The notes beneath the pieces are model-generated. The model made no database searches, was not told the origin of the DNA, and was given only the letters and a program-made list of their open reading frames with translations. Shown in pieces: positions 22,401 to 34,405 of a stretch of 64,000 nt of DNA (within the stretch, counting starts at the first letter, position 1; every line of letters begins with the position of its first letter). The position numbers and the translations under genes are program-made. The DNA is from Phoronis australis (lineage: Eukaryota > Animalia > Phoronida). The stretch lies in assembly GCA_002633005.1 (NCBI GenBank), contig NMRA01000124.1, forward strand, positions 451,814 through 515,813, written 5' to 3'.

Positions 22401-25400
22401 GCAGTAATACCCCAGGGCCGTTCTGGATTACATAGCGAAGGAACTTCCCTTTTTCTCGGAGTTCAGAAAGCGCTTTTTATTCATTGACTTCGTTTTGGAT
22501 CGTCAGACACATTTCACAGGTCACGTCGTGTCAGGAGTAGACAGTTGAGCAGTTAGTTCAGTGACAATAGGTTTTAGCCTAAAGAACTGTTGGTAAAGTC
22601 TGCTCGAGCGACTACACAAAAACAGTCCTGACTGCATAAACCATTTTTTTGTCATTTACGATATGAATTTTTTGCATTGGAAAGCTGCTTTGTTGGATAA
22701 TTTTCATATAAGTGGCGTGAAAGTAAAAAATGCCCATTGTTTAAAACGTCTCACTTCCATTTATTTGAGTACGAGCATCCAGATAATAGCTCGTATCCAT
22801 GCATTCAAACATTTGCAGGCTTGGCATCCTTCACAGAACGCTAATCTTGCTACAGAGGTTAGTGATATAGTGGGGTGTAATGGTGAGAGCATGTAATGTG
22901 TAAAAATACTGGAGAACACAATTATTAAATCCTTGATCTTTCTCAAATATGTATAACTGGTATTTTTAGAAACCGTAAACAGTGATGGCTGTCAAATAAT
23001 CATCCGATGAGTGTTTTGTCGGTATCTGAAGCTTCCCCCGTGGGCTTGATCGAAATAGGTGCTCCTGTAAAATTCAACCCTTACGGTAACAGCAATTAAA
23101 TGTACAAACATTTGTCTATTTTCCTTCCTTTTACAGCATAATAAACTCATGTGACGATACAAAGTTTTTAACAAATGAAAACTTATGAACAAGCAACAGA
23201 AAAGTGTGTACTGTTCACTTGATAGAAAGTCTCAGTGCACGTGTTTCAGAACTTCAGGTAATAGTTCGGGTCCTGAGATTTCTCCCTCCACCGTTTCACG
23301 TGGCAGCCATGCGAGAAAAGAAGCCTCTAATCTGGGTCTCGTTCAGCAAGTCATTTCATTTAAAACGTTTTTCTTGTTATTTTTTGCTAACCTCATCTCT
23401 TTGGACATGGCTGCGGGGGTACCCTTGACACCAGTTCTACCTGCAAACTTTCCGCCAAGAACGCTTTCACGTCATAGGCAAATCTGGAGCTCCGTTTGAT
23501 TTTGTGTAAAGCCCACCTAGACTCATGTTCATATCTAGAAGTGAACCGTGGCCAGCTCTCTTCTTAAGAAGCCAATAGAAGTGCTGACGCTCCGAATGCA
23601 TTCGGGTCAGATATCCACTGCCTTGAAATGTCATCAAATACAGTTTCCCTCACTAGATCACACGTGTGGCTGCCAATGCCAAGGGAGCATGCAATTCGAC
23701 CAAAGAAGTGAGCAAGGTATTGTGCAGCCGTGCACTGAACAACATATCAAACACGTCCATACTGTCCACGATGAGTTCCTGTTTAAAACTGGCTCACCCC
23801 CATTACAGATAGATCGTAAATGTTCTGCTTCACTTTTTGTGCAGCTTACCACATTGATAAAGACCTCTTCATGTGAACATTTTCGTTGAGAATACCTTTT
23901 AAAACTGCACTATGCCAGGAAATTTCCATGCCAACAGGACGTTCTTTTACTCTAGCACCACAAGGTGTCACTTGCTGAAATTACCAACTCCACTAAGAGT
24001 CTGATGGCAACTCTAGCACAACCAACAAGTCTTGAGAGTAAAGAAATTGTAAACAATATAATTCTGCACAATAAATAATGTCTCTACTGCTCATTAAAAG
24101 CTATCAGTCGCTACTTTTATTTTTAATTACTGAGCAATTCCCACATGTACTTTACATTTGGCAATCAAAATGGCACATTTTCAGACGAAACTTTATACCA
24201 TGATTATTGCAATCTTTTGTCAGAATAAATATTGATTATACCACATTATCAGCCTGACGTTGCCAACAAAAAGTTAAGTAACCCATATAGTTATTTAATG
24301 CGCGTTGAATAACATTTTGGCGGGAAATCGACGCCGGTTTCGAACCTGCTCCGCAGGGGCTTCGAGTCGAATACTTTACTGCATCAGTCAGCAGCTGACG
24401 TGTTTGATCGCGAAAACAGAATACTTAAATGAGCACACGCAATAATCGCTTGTTCAACAAGCGGCATTGCACCAACATTTATACGCTACGAAAAATAAGA
24501 CGCACAGTTTTAACAAAAACGACATTATAATTTAGTAAAATCATTGATCTCCAGTTTGAATGCGGGTAACGTGTCGTCGGGATCCTTTAACTTGGGCATT
24601 ATACTCAGTAACCAGACTAAGTCATAAATTACTTTTGCAGACGAAGCTTAGCATGATAAGATGGGTAGTAAGCTAGACTAGATACTTAAAACTTATTTTA
24701 AAGATTCACTTTGTTTCTATTTTGTAACAATTTTCAATTGGTTTTAAGTAAAAACATAATTTTAACAAGAATAACTCTGCGTTTCTTAAAAGGTCATGAC
24801 CTCCCACCCCGGGCCTCTGACATTGAAAGAAGTCACAAAGCCAAGGCGAGTCGAGAAAGGTAGATCGATTCGTAGCAATGTTTCTCGTTCAGTATGTGTT
24901 ATAAATAGATTATGACATGCTCTCAGTCGTTATCCCCCTTATCTAGAGCCCTCGTGGATTTTGTAGAATTACCGCCCTCGGCGCTAAGGTCCCTTGGACG
25001 ATAAAAGTCTCCAAAATCCCACTCGGTCTCTAGATCACGGGGGATAACGACTTTGCCATGTAATAATCTACATTTGTGTAATTACTAAAGTTAAATCAAT
25101 TTAAGTTGCACAACATTTGTGCTTATGTGCTTTTAAAACGATGGGAGCCAAACTTGTTTATATGTGGTTTTGATATTAACATGTATTTTTTATCTTGTTT
25201 ACCGATTCGGTTCTGGTGTCAATACACTGCGGACCCAGGATTTTGAGTTAAGCTTAAATAAGTGACCCGAAATTTCACATTACAAGTTCTTATTAAGACA
25301 ATTTGAAGAATACCACTAAAGAGCACGTTAAAACTGAACACTGGCTTCACCCCACGAAATTCGTCACGAGACTAAAGCAGTGCTCCAAGCGGGTGATTTT

Positions 25401-26348
25401 TTTCGGTTTCGTTAGACAATATAAGTTAACTTTTTGCAGTTGAGTTATTTGTGAAATTAATTAACAACTCATAGATAACTATGCAACAATTGTTCAGAAT
25501 AAAATACAGTTCCCTTTTAAAACTCAAAGCCGCCTGATCACCGTGGGTCGTCATTTCCATTAGTAACTCTTTGCCAAAATTTGTGTCATTGCTAATAATC
25601 AGGAAACGGTAACAGCAAACATGGAAATATAATACCTACCTGTGGTACAAACAATCGAAACGTAGGTCCAATTGTAGTATTTTATTAGGTCCGCCAAGGC
25701 ACGCGCTTGCAACGAATCTGGCGGAGCGACACGCAAGAAGTACTTGTATTTAGCTTTATCACTGAGGTCACTACTAGTTGCCGAGTATCCTATTTCTGGA
25801 ATATTAAACAACTGCAACACATTTTGAATCTGTGTAGTAACATCGCTTGATCCCGGGCCAATCAATCCCACTATTGGCTTCAATTTCACGTCATTCTCTT
25901 CAGCAGCACAACTACCGGCAATTGACTTGTTGGCGGCACGATCCAAACTCGCTATCGAGTTTTTAATGAAGTCTATACTTTGCTCCATAGCTATGGGAGG
26001 AAACCAACATGAATCGCGTATGTGATAACCTAACGTGATGTTTGGCAAGATTTTGTTATCTTCGTTGATTTTCTTCATTGTGTAAACGAAAGTCTCGATG
26101 CGATGTATCCCGTACTGTTCCCAAACTTTACCACACGTGCGTGTGTACTCCTGCGTACCTGACGACGGCCTACGGTGGACGGGAAAGAGCGCGCCGATGA
26201 TGATGTCACCATCCTTTAGAATAACTTTGCGTGTTTTGTCAGAAGTTGGCGCGTTGTCTTCAATCGTGCCCGTGCCATTTCCGCAACACTGCAGCCCACC
26301 ATAAAAGAAGATGGCAAGTAATGCAGCGGCTGCCTTTCGCCACCACAT
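6534..26348 (-). CDS. GRM1/5: Group I metabotropic glutamate receptor, copy A; join of 26348-25640, 22093-21844, 20506-20274, 18995-18749, 18034-17845, 12170-12041, 10995-10104, 7434-6534 (3552 nt, 1183 aa)
   Basis: All junctions are GT-AG and phase-compatible, and the total length is divisible by 3. Domain order: signal peptide, Venus flytrap (EQYGIHR, GPGSS, YSATS..LSDK, GSDGW), Cys-rich domain (CCW), 7TM (TPVVKSSTRELS, TKTNRISRIL, NFNEAKFIGF), long C-tail. The i2 loop SKKK..PRF.SA.AQ and RSAF.TS are group I signatures. Confidence 0.93.
8248..9536. mobile_element. Non-autonomous DNA transposon with CAG...CTG termini (hAT-like); related fragments at ~20760-20975 and ~49780-49985
   Basis: Imperfect TIRs cagg...tttactcgaaatcgaaa / tttcgatttcgagtaaa...ccctg; absent from the copy B intron (~54372-54400). 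Confidence 0.55.
10104..10995 (-). CDS. GRM1/5: mGluR copy A coding exon 7 (7TM domain)
   Basis: ORF 10100-11008; acceptor at 10996-10998; donor AG|gtaagg. Confidence 0.95.
12041..12170 (-). CDS. GRM1/5: mGluR copy A coding exon 6 (cysteine-rich domain)
   Basis: ttttag|YKSNPGGIRCCWDCHNCSKNEILLDEETCQSCQKGWWPNDNQS|gtgagt; not in the ORF track. Confidence 0.88.
12407..12920 (+). repeat. Dispersed repeat, copy of 4965-5492
   Basis: Collinear match by eye. Confidence 0.7.
14000..14210 (-). mobile_element. Degenerate tRNA-derived SINE-like sequence (orthologous copy ~61630-61840)
   Basis: Minus strand has A-box-like gtgactcagtg and B-box-like ggtttcgaatcc (ggttcaaattc in copy B). Confidence 0.4.
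15281..15409 (+). mobile_element. Partial MITE, same family as 27588-27742
   Basis: Shares cagggcagagtatt...aggattttgc..tcagacatt...ttttaggggg...aatccgc. Confidence 0.55.
15750..16600 (-). mobile_element. Internally deleted pogo/Tigger-like transposase relic (HTH_psq ... PHD finger)
   Basis: WTSEDKQNCL...GFNAVSELFDIPK and RGPTVLPMEVKDDL (psq/CENP-B-like). Lys-rich segment, then EWVECVR*KRWAHTEC...VCHNC (PHD-like). Confidence 0.6.
17563..17691. repeat. Tandem repeat, ~30-34-bp unit, 4 copies
   Basis: Unit approximately gactagtaagcctgcctacgtggacttcgg. Confidence 0.8.
17845..18034 (-). CDS. GRM1/5: mGluR copy A coding exon 5
   Basis: RYDIMNYQR...VGRW...SVCSQPCKQGTIIK; donor AAG|gtaaat. Confidence 0.9.
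18673..18730. repeat. Perfect 29-bp tandem duplication near the exon 4 donor
   Basis: tgagaatgttatacataaggttaagacaa x2; single copy in paralogue B. Confidence 0.9.
18749..18995 (-). CDS. GRM1/5: mGluR copy A coding exon 4
   Basis: ENTLDRDGYKQDGKLG...AYALHNMQ..LC...NGDPPGR; 247 nt, the same length as the copy B exon. Confidence 0.9.
19106..19603. repeat. Minisatellite, 19-bp unit, ~26 copies
   Basis: tatgtgatgttgttggga(g/t) repeated without spacers. Confidence 0.97.
20274..20506 (-). CDS. GRM1/5: mGluR copy A coding exon 3
   Basis: ttttgtag|T GAC GGG TGG gives SDGWNDR...NPWFKQFWQETFNC...KCS; donor G|gtttgt. Confidence 0.9.
21844..22093 (-). CDS. GRM1/5: mGluR copy A coding exon 2
   Basis: cttgcag|GC ACA TAT GGC gives GTYGENG...VVLCFCQGDTVR...FLFVGS; donor AG|gtaaac. 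Confidence 0.9.
24279..25072 (+). mobile_element. Non-autonomous element ending in a ~165-bp palindrome (Crypton-like family, classification tentative)
   Basis: Inverted copy at 33298-34119. Hairpin tagattat...cgttatcccc..tctagag / ctctaga..ggggataacg...ataatcta. Confidence 0.6.
25640..26348 (-). CDS. GRM1/5: mGluR copy A coding exon 1 (signal peptide and VFT lobe 1)
   Basis: ORF 25599-26348; donor ACAG|gtagg at 25639. An upstream acceptor at 26546-26548 suggests a 5'UTR intron. Confidence 0.93.
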
Positions 26349-27587
26349 TTTGTTGCAGATAAGTCCAATGCTGCCTCTAGTTCACAATCGACACGTGCCT
26401 GCACGTGCAGCCCGTTTAACACACTGTAAGGACTCAGCGGCTTTACGAGCGCACGTGAATATGACAGCACTCCATTTCCATTCCAATCACTCACGTCTAC
26501 AGTTCATCCGTTAAATTGAATCAAATCAACCGCAATGTGAGTACCCTGAAATAAAAACTCAGTTTATTACACACAACGTACACGATTTTAGCCGCGGTTA
26601 AAGCACACGTGTAGTTCTCACTTGACGGAAATTACGCGAAATAAGCGAATCTACATACAATGAGAAGGAAAAGGGAAATTTTATTTTGTTAAATTCCTCC
26701 TAAGAAATTACTAAGTCAGAATATTTGCATATTTTAAAAATGGTTAGCTGATCTGTGCAGTAACCGCAGTGGAAAGCTTAGATTTTTCGTGAGGAGCAAG
26801 ACAGTTAATTTTTGAAAAAAAAGACAATATGACAGTCATTATTTTGTAAATATCTCGTCTTGAGCGACCAGGAACCGTTGAAAAGATATCAAAAGTTTAT
26901 TTTTGATGCAGAATTCTAAAAACAGAAGAAAAAAATCCGATGAGGACGCCTGTCCTCTCGCATATTATTTACCCGTTGTGTGAAAGACATGGCTATTTTA
27001 AAAATTCTTTAAATTAAAGTGAGTTTTTACATTTTTCCATCATAAAGTTTTCACTTATCAAAAAGCACCGCCTAGGTCAATAATCGCATCATCGGGCAAA
27101 GGAAATATTCTAACGGCACAACAGCTATAGCGTACATTAAACAGGGACTACTATTTGTAACTAAACAATAAACTGATCAAAGGCAAATGGCACGCATTAC
27201 AAAGGCTTACACTGTACTGTATTTTATCGAACGCGATCGTGTTCTTTCGAGAACCACTGTGTAATGCACACGTCGTAGTGTTGCGTTACACACGTGGATT
27301 ACACTACAATACTAACTTTGTTCCTAATTCACCGCTAGGTGGGCGCTGACACTGACGAGTAACATGCACTCGGACATTCATACGAGTGCATAGCTTCATT
27401 CTTTCGGCGCCAGGTGAACGCAGGCACGAGTGAAATGTACTCATTCAAAATATGGAACACGTAAATGTGTACACATGATGGTTTATATGTTATTATTTGT
27501 AATTTGGGCCAGATATAGAAAACGCATTCTTCAATACGATGGGTATTCTATTCTGTATTAAAATTGCCTGCTGTGACTAGTCTGTTC

Positions 27588-27742
27588 CAGGGGCGGATCC
27601 AGTATTTTGAGTTATGGGGCAGGGCAGAGTATTAGTCAGGATTTTGCTCCTCAGACATTTGCACCCCCAAACTGCCAAATGGAACATGGGAGAATTTTAG
27701 GGGGCGCCTGCTTGACCCCACACCCCCCTTAATCCGCCACTG
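27588..27742 (+). mobile_element. MITE with CAG(G/T)GGCGGAT TIRs
   Basis: caggggcggat ... atccgccactg. Confidence 0.7.
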
Positions 27743-28199
27743 CGTTCATGTTCCCTATTTGTGTTTACAACCAGGCATTCACTATGGATTAAAACAGACA
27801 CGCCATTTTAGAGGTCATATTGTCCACCACTTTAAATAATTGCGAATACTTTAAGGAACATTGCGCCGTTGTGTATGCGAAAATTAAGCAACACGTGGGC
27901 AACGTTCATTATTTGTTTATCATGCAACAGACGAGCACATCTTTTTAGAGTCTTGACTTCACAGTGGTGAAAACATTTTTCCAATTACTTGAATCAAATT
28001 AACAACATCAAATAGGTTAACTTAACTAATATAATGTTTTATTGATATATCAAAACTTTTACTGTAGTAATCCCAGTGTCCTTCCCATAAAAACGAGATT
28101 TCAGTCGTAAACGCACGAAACCATCCTACCCTCGCAATGCAACCTCTTTCTAGTTGACGTAAAATACCATCAAAACCTACCACTGCCAGGCAGCCAGCT

Positions 28200-28900
28200 T
28201 TCCTATATTTTTTTATTTTTAATAAGTTTATTTGCAGAAACAGCATTTAACAATGGAATACAGTAAAAAAGAAAACAAACACAAACACATTCACTCTCAC
28301 ATTCACACATTCCAGCTCTGCTTTAATTTATACAGAATGTATAAGGGTTTCAAAAAATCCCAGCAAGTCAGGGGGTAATTCTCTAGATTTCATACTTTTC
28401 CATGTCTTGACAGTGTCAAATAAAATTGTGTGAAATCTCTGATGTACAGGAATACATGAAGACTTCGAACAAGTATATATAAAGTACTGAGCTAACGTTA
28501 ATATGTGATTAATTTCGTAGCCATGATATCCAAAGTATGCAAATAGTACGACACGCTTTTCATCCAGTAACAGGTTATCTCCAACAACGTTTGAAATCAA
28601 AGTTTGTAATTTATTCCAAAAAGAAAGTACATGCTCACGTTCCAAAAACAAGTGATTAAAAGTTTCTACGAGTCCGCAAAATTAGCAATTTGTCGTTTTG
28701 GATTATTTTCATTTTCTGTAAAAATATTTTGTGTAAACTTTTTTATGAATTTGATAATACTTAAAAACTTGCAAATGAGGTTGGAGCAATAGTTTAAAAG
28801 GCATAATATAAATATGTTTAATTTGCTGGTCAACAACTAATTCTAATAAATTGTGTTCTATATCAGCAACTGATGTCTCTCTGGAAAGTAATGCATCTTT
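28200..28900 (-). mobile_element. L1/Tx1-like LINE 3' relic
   Basis: CGLVETFNHLFLE...SFW...INHILTLAQYFIYTC; T-rich tail at ~28207-28232. Confidence 0.65.
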
Positions 28901-29457
28901 TGTCCATCGCGTATCAATCTGATCCGGTACAAAGTCGTGCATGCTGCTGGCTCTATCATGAATCGGACTATCTGAAATTTTCCTTGCCTTGGCCAGAGCA
29001 TTGGTATATAATAATATTATGAACAAACGCTCTTCAGTTCTACTACTGCATAATGGTGGGAAATATTTTGACGCGTTAGAGAAGATCCCACGGTCAAACG
29101 CGTCTTTTTGTGTGTAAGAATGGATAACTCACCTTATGGGATTAGTTACATCTACAGGAGGATTCTTGAGATCAAGAGTTCAAAGGTGAGCTCAGTTCAA
29201 ATCCTGTTCCGTTGAAGCGCAAACGTCCAAATGACTGGCGTAATCTGTAAATGGGTTCAAAGGTTAGGTGTCATGTATACTGGCCAGGTGCTTCTTCCAA
29301 CAATGTGTTTACTTCCTCCGGACCCAACTGTGCCACTGCGAGGCAACAGTTTCAGCGAAACAAAATCAAACAAAAAAACGTTTATTTCGAAACCCATAGG
29401 GCCATTGTTCCACAGTTCAACATATTAATATTCAAACAGTATAATCTCGCCATATCA

Positions 29458-32352
29458 TCAAATACTCATAATTTCGCTCTTAATTGCCTTTGCTTGTTGA
29501 ATGAAGGATGTTATATTTCTTAAAACATACACAGAATGTGAACCTAAGAGTGCCTTAATGTTTCTATTTATAACAATACATTGTGGTAATAAATATTTCC
29601 GTAGCTCCGCAAAGACAGGACAATAAAGTAAAAGGTGTATTTTTGTTTCAATTTCATCGGTGTTACATAATTTACAAATCCTTTCTGCTCGAGGTATATT
29701 ATTTCTTCTACCCAACTTAAGATAGGTGGATACACAAAAATTAATTTTGACTGTTTTTTACATTTTTATGTCATCCTAATCTTTAATTCTTGATGCACAG
29801 TATACTGAAGAAAAATAAAATCATTCTAAAAATCCAAAGTTGTTTTTTTAGCTATATTTGACCAAGCCTCGGTAAGTCATATGGCTTGAGTGCTCACCAG
29901 CTCAGTGATTGACAACTGGGGCGGAGCTTATATACAAGGACACTGGCTCTAATCTAACCCTGTCAACAAGCATTGCGTAACCGGGCAATCGAGAGTGATG
30001 TNNNNNNNNNNNNNNNNNNNNNNNNNNNNNNNNNNNNNNNNNNNNNNNNNNNNNNNNNNNNNNNNNNNNNNNNNNNNNNNNNNNNNNNNNNNNNNNNNNN
30101 NNNNNNNNNNNNNNNNNNNNNNNNNNNNNNNNNNNNNNNNNNNNNNNNNNNNNNNNNNNNNNNNNNNNNNNNNNNNNNNNNNNNNNNNNNNNNNNNNNNN
30201 NNNNNNNNNNNNNNNNNNNNNNNNNNNNNNNNNNNNNNNNNNNNNNNNNNNNNNNNNNNNNNNNNNNNNNNNNNNNNNNNNNNNNNNNNNNNNNNNNNNN
30301 NNNNNNNNNNNNNNNNNNNNNNNNNNNNNNNNNNNNNNNNNNNNNNNNNNNNNNNNNNNNNNNNNNNNNNNNNNNNNNNNNNNNNNNNNNNNNNNNNNNN
30401 NNNNNNNNNNNNNNNNNNNNNNNNNNNNNNNNNNNNNNNNNNNNNNNNNNNNNNNNNNNNNNNNNNNNNNNNNNNNNNNNNNNNNNNNNNNNNNNNNNNN
30501 NNNNNNNNNNNNNNNNNNNNNNNNNNNNNNNNNNNNNNNNNNNNNNNNNNNNNNNNNNNNNNNNNNNNNNNNNNNNNNNNNNNNNNNNNNNNNNNNNNNN
30601 NNNNNNNNNNNNNNNNNNNNNNNNNNNNNNNNNNNNNNNNNNNNNNAAAATTACGCTGTAAACAAACAGGTATGTCACATTTTCTAAATATGAAGTAAAT
30701 ATCAGCTTTATTTCTAGTACTTCAACAAAAATTGGAACATAATGACCACGCATTCTGAACGAAATTTGATCTCAAGTGGCAATCGATGACCGCTTAAGTT
30801 CAAAGCTGTTTTTCTCGGCTCGTGATTTCAGGATAGTGACAAGATTCTCGGGCCTATTTTTCCACAACACGTGGGTCAATTTTTACGAAAGTTGCAAATT
30901 TGAAATCCTCTAGGACTGAAGTAAAATAGTGTGCCAGGGTTTTTTGATAAATGAACCAGATTTTTAGTTATTAGACGGAAACTGACCAAATGACAAAAAG
31001 TGGCGTGCTTGCCCCAACTCGCACACAAAAAATGCCACAAAATCAAGATCATAATGATTTTGTACATATATTTGGTATGGATAAGTAGAATACTGTGTAA
31101 GGAAACAAGTGATGATGATCCCTGTGCATTTTCAAAAAAAATTCGAGGTAAAATTGGATTTTTTGAAAATTAAAAAATACGATTTTTTAAAAAACGAACT
31201 ACAAAAAAAAAACGTTTTTTTCGATTTTTGTCACTTTCAGAGTCATATCTAACTAGTTAAAACTCCCTTTTTACTCATTTTAGTTAGGAGCCTGGAGATT
31301 TGATCAGTGTATACACCTACCTTAATCATAAGATGATGCGTCGAATATCTAAAATTTGCTGCTGCAAATACTTGATTTAAAGACAGTCTACCATATAAAT
31401 ACTTTTCACACGTTTATTCAGACTTAATTGAACGTTGAAAATTACATATAATCGCATTTGCAAAATGAAAACGACGACAATTGAAAATTCATATCCTAGA
31501 GTCATTGCTTAAAAGAAATTTAAAAAATCATTTCACACTAATATCTTGTTGCAACCAAACCCGATTGTGAATAACACATTTTACTAAAGTACACCAGTTC
31601 TTTTGACCTTTCAAATCGTTTTCACCCAGCATTATGTAACATTGTCTTGGCAACCTATCATCATTCATGTTCAACAATTTCGTACTTAATGAGTTTGCAC
31701 ATATATGTCACACACAAATCAAAACATTCACCTATTGCAATAAGATTTGTTGTTTTGATACCTGTATGTAATAACCATTTACAAAACGCAAGCTGAGCTC
31801 ATTCTATGTCTTTTCTGTGGGTTGTAACCCACAATTCTGCTCCATACAACAGAATAGGTGCCACCATAGGGTCAAATAATTCAAATGCTATATTTATATT
31901 TATATTTATATTTATATTTATATTTGGTCCCATTTTGTTTTAATAAGACTTAACTAACTGAAGAGATTTACTTGCCTGTTGGGCAAGGTTTTGCAACACA
32001 TCGTCCAACTCGCCCTGCTTAAGAAAGAAATTCTAGGTAATTATAGTAGTGCATGAATTTAACTTAGCCCCATTATAGAATCTTTTTTCATTATAATTCA
32101 GGGTCCACCTTTTTTATGGACATGCACAGACATGTTCCATTTTAAACAAAAATTTTCCTAACAATCAAGTCTTCTCAGAAGTTGTAATACAGTGTCACCA
32201 GCTAAAGTGACATCTGCAAAAATAACAAGAATATATTTGCTATGTCTTAACTATATGCCACTGTTTCTACCAGTCTGTATTTCAGTTGCAAGTTCATTAA
32301 TGTACAATGAAAATAACAAAGGGCTAATCCTACAGCCTTGTCTGACACCAGT
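29458..32352 (-). mobile_element. Fragmented RTE-X-like LINE (RT and C-terminal Cys/His motif), interrupted by the gap and other inserts
   Basis: GVRQGCRISPLLFSLYINELA (~32350-32288), FADVT, FELFDPMVAPILLYGAELW (~31886-31830), GRRNNIPRAERICKLCNTDEIE..HLLLYC (29458-29715). Confidence 0.7.
30002..30646. other. Assembly gap (645 N)
   Basis: Run of N. Confidence 1.
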
Positions 32353-33297
32353 GAGGCCTTACTGACCAGCGCAACCTGGCAAAATGGCGGTCACTGGGGA
32401 TGACATTGGGTCTAAGCCCGCGGTTCAGAACATGTAAGTCCCACAAAAATGAAGAAATTGGGATGGGTTAGGTTTTACGGCAATTTTTTTAAGTAAATTG
32501 AAATTCATTGCCACATCTTTGTTCAGTGTTAAATTTCTGACAAGTGGACATGGTCAAACATTCGGTTGGTAAAAACATATTTCTACCTAAATTTCTATAT
32601 ACTACGTTGTAATTGCATTCGGATTCATGTGTCACTGCGGCGATTGTGGGTTTGGGATTTTAGGTACAAAATGGCTAAAATTGCAATTTTTTGCTTGTTT
32701 TTGGCATCTCAATTTTCTCAGTGGACGCAGCAAGGCAAAATACATGGTTTTGTTGAATTTTTTCATCTTTGAAATACACCTATCGAGTGTGCTATCTGCC
32801 TGTTATGTGTTTTTTCGAGTGTCTTGGAACAGTGTTAACAAGTGCTTTTGTTCATCCACACCCGTGATAAGGTCAAAATCAGCCACTCAAACTGTGATCT
32901 TTGTCTTAATAAAGAAGTGACTGAATGAATTTTGTAGTTATTGCGATTCTAATATTTGTGGTATGCTTCTTTACCTGGGGTATTGAGATTCTTTTTAAAA
33001 ATTTCTTGGGTAAATGGCTTACGTTATTGTATTTCTTTGGCTCGCTGTTACCGTACTGTCAAGCCTGAAGTTGCTTCTTTTTATTCCAATAGAAATCAAA
33101 CGCTCTGGTGATTGGCTATCAATTCTGTGTGTATTTCGACTGCCAACGTGCAATTTTGACATACATATCAATTACAGCAATGCAGTTTTATAAGTGGTAT
33201 ACAACGTACGTGTTTGTAACTGTGGTTATTAAATCGAGATTCATGATATGCAAACTTCGTCCTCGTTCAAATGCTTTTGCATATAAAGAATTGATAT

Positions 33298-34405
33298 ATG
33301 TAGATTATTATGTTCTAAGTCGTTATCCCCCGTATTCTAGAGCACGAGTGGAGTTTGGAGAATTATCGCCCCAGGGGCGTCATCCCCGATGACGATAATT
33401 CTCCAAAATCCACGAGGGCTCTAGATAATTGTGATAACGACTGAGAACGTGTAATAATCTATTTATACCACAAAGTGAACGAAAAACATTGCAATGAATC
33501 GATCTACCTTTCCCTACTCGCCTCGGCTTTGTAACTACCTTCTATGTCAGAGGCCCGGGGTCGGAGGTAGTGACCATTTAAGAAAAGACGAGCTATTTTT
33601 GTCAAATAATGCTTTTACTCAAAACCAATTGAAACTTTAAACAAAATGGAAATAAAGTGAATCTATAAATCAAGGTTTAGCAACTATTACAGCTTACTAC
33701 ATATTTTACCATGCTAAGCTTCGACCGAGAAAATATCGTTTGCTAAACCAGGTTACCACTGGTAACTGAATATAATGCTCAAGTCGAGAGGACCCCGACT
33801 ACACGATACCCGCATTCTCATTGTAGATCGGTAACTTACAAGTGAGCGAAAATGAGAGATAAATTTCACTGAATTAAAATACCGTTTTTATGAAAATTAT
33901 GCGATTTTTTCATAGCGTATAAATGTCGGTAAAATGCCCTTTAATTGTATGACATGCGATTGTTGCGCGTGCTCATTTAAGTATTCTTGTTTCACGTTTG
34001 ATGACGTCAGCCGCTGAGTGATAAAGTTGACGACTCGAAACTCCTGCGGACCGGGTTCTAAACCGGCCTCGATTCTCGCAAAAATGTTATCTCACTAGTG
34101 AGATAACTAAATGGGTTATTACACGGTTGTATTGGCCATTCGAGGCTGTGATATGAAATAACATACTTCGTACAGACACGGTCGTACGTTATATATTTTT
34201 TTTAGATTATCCCACATGCATAGGAATACTACTGCCATATCCTATCGAGAATTCATTTCATCTGGAAATGTCCCTACGAGACCACATATGGACTTATTTG
34301 CAGAATTATCACCCTCGGGGCTGATGCCCCTCGGGCAACAATTCTCCAAAATCCACTCGGGCTCTAGATAACGGGGGATAACGCCTTCGCCATGTAATAA
34401 TCTAT
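33298..34405 (-). mobile_element. Inverted copy of the 24279-25072 element plus a further hairpin copy (~34200-34405)
   Basis: Reverse-complement match over ~800 bp. Confidence 0.6.

Noticed and set aside
23185-23889. Overlapping short ORFs in intron 1
   Set aside because: Possibly decayed TE coding sequence, but no motif could be identified.
29902-30753. Three long ORFs in the track
   Set aside because: Artefacts of translating the N gap.
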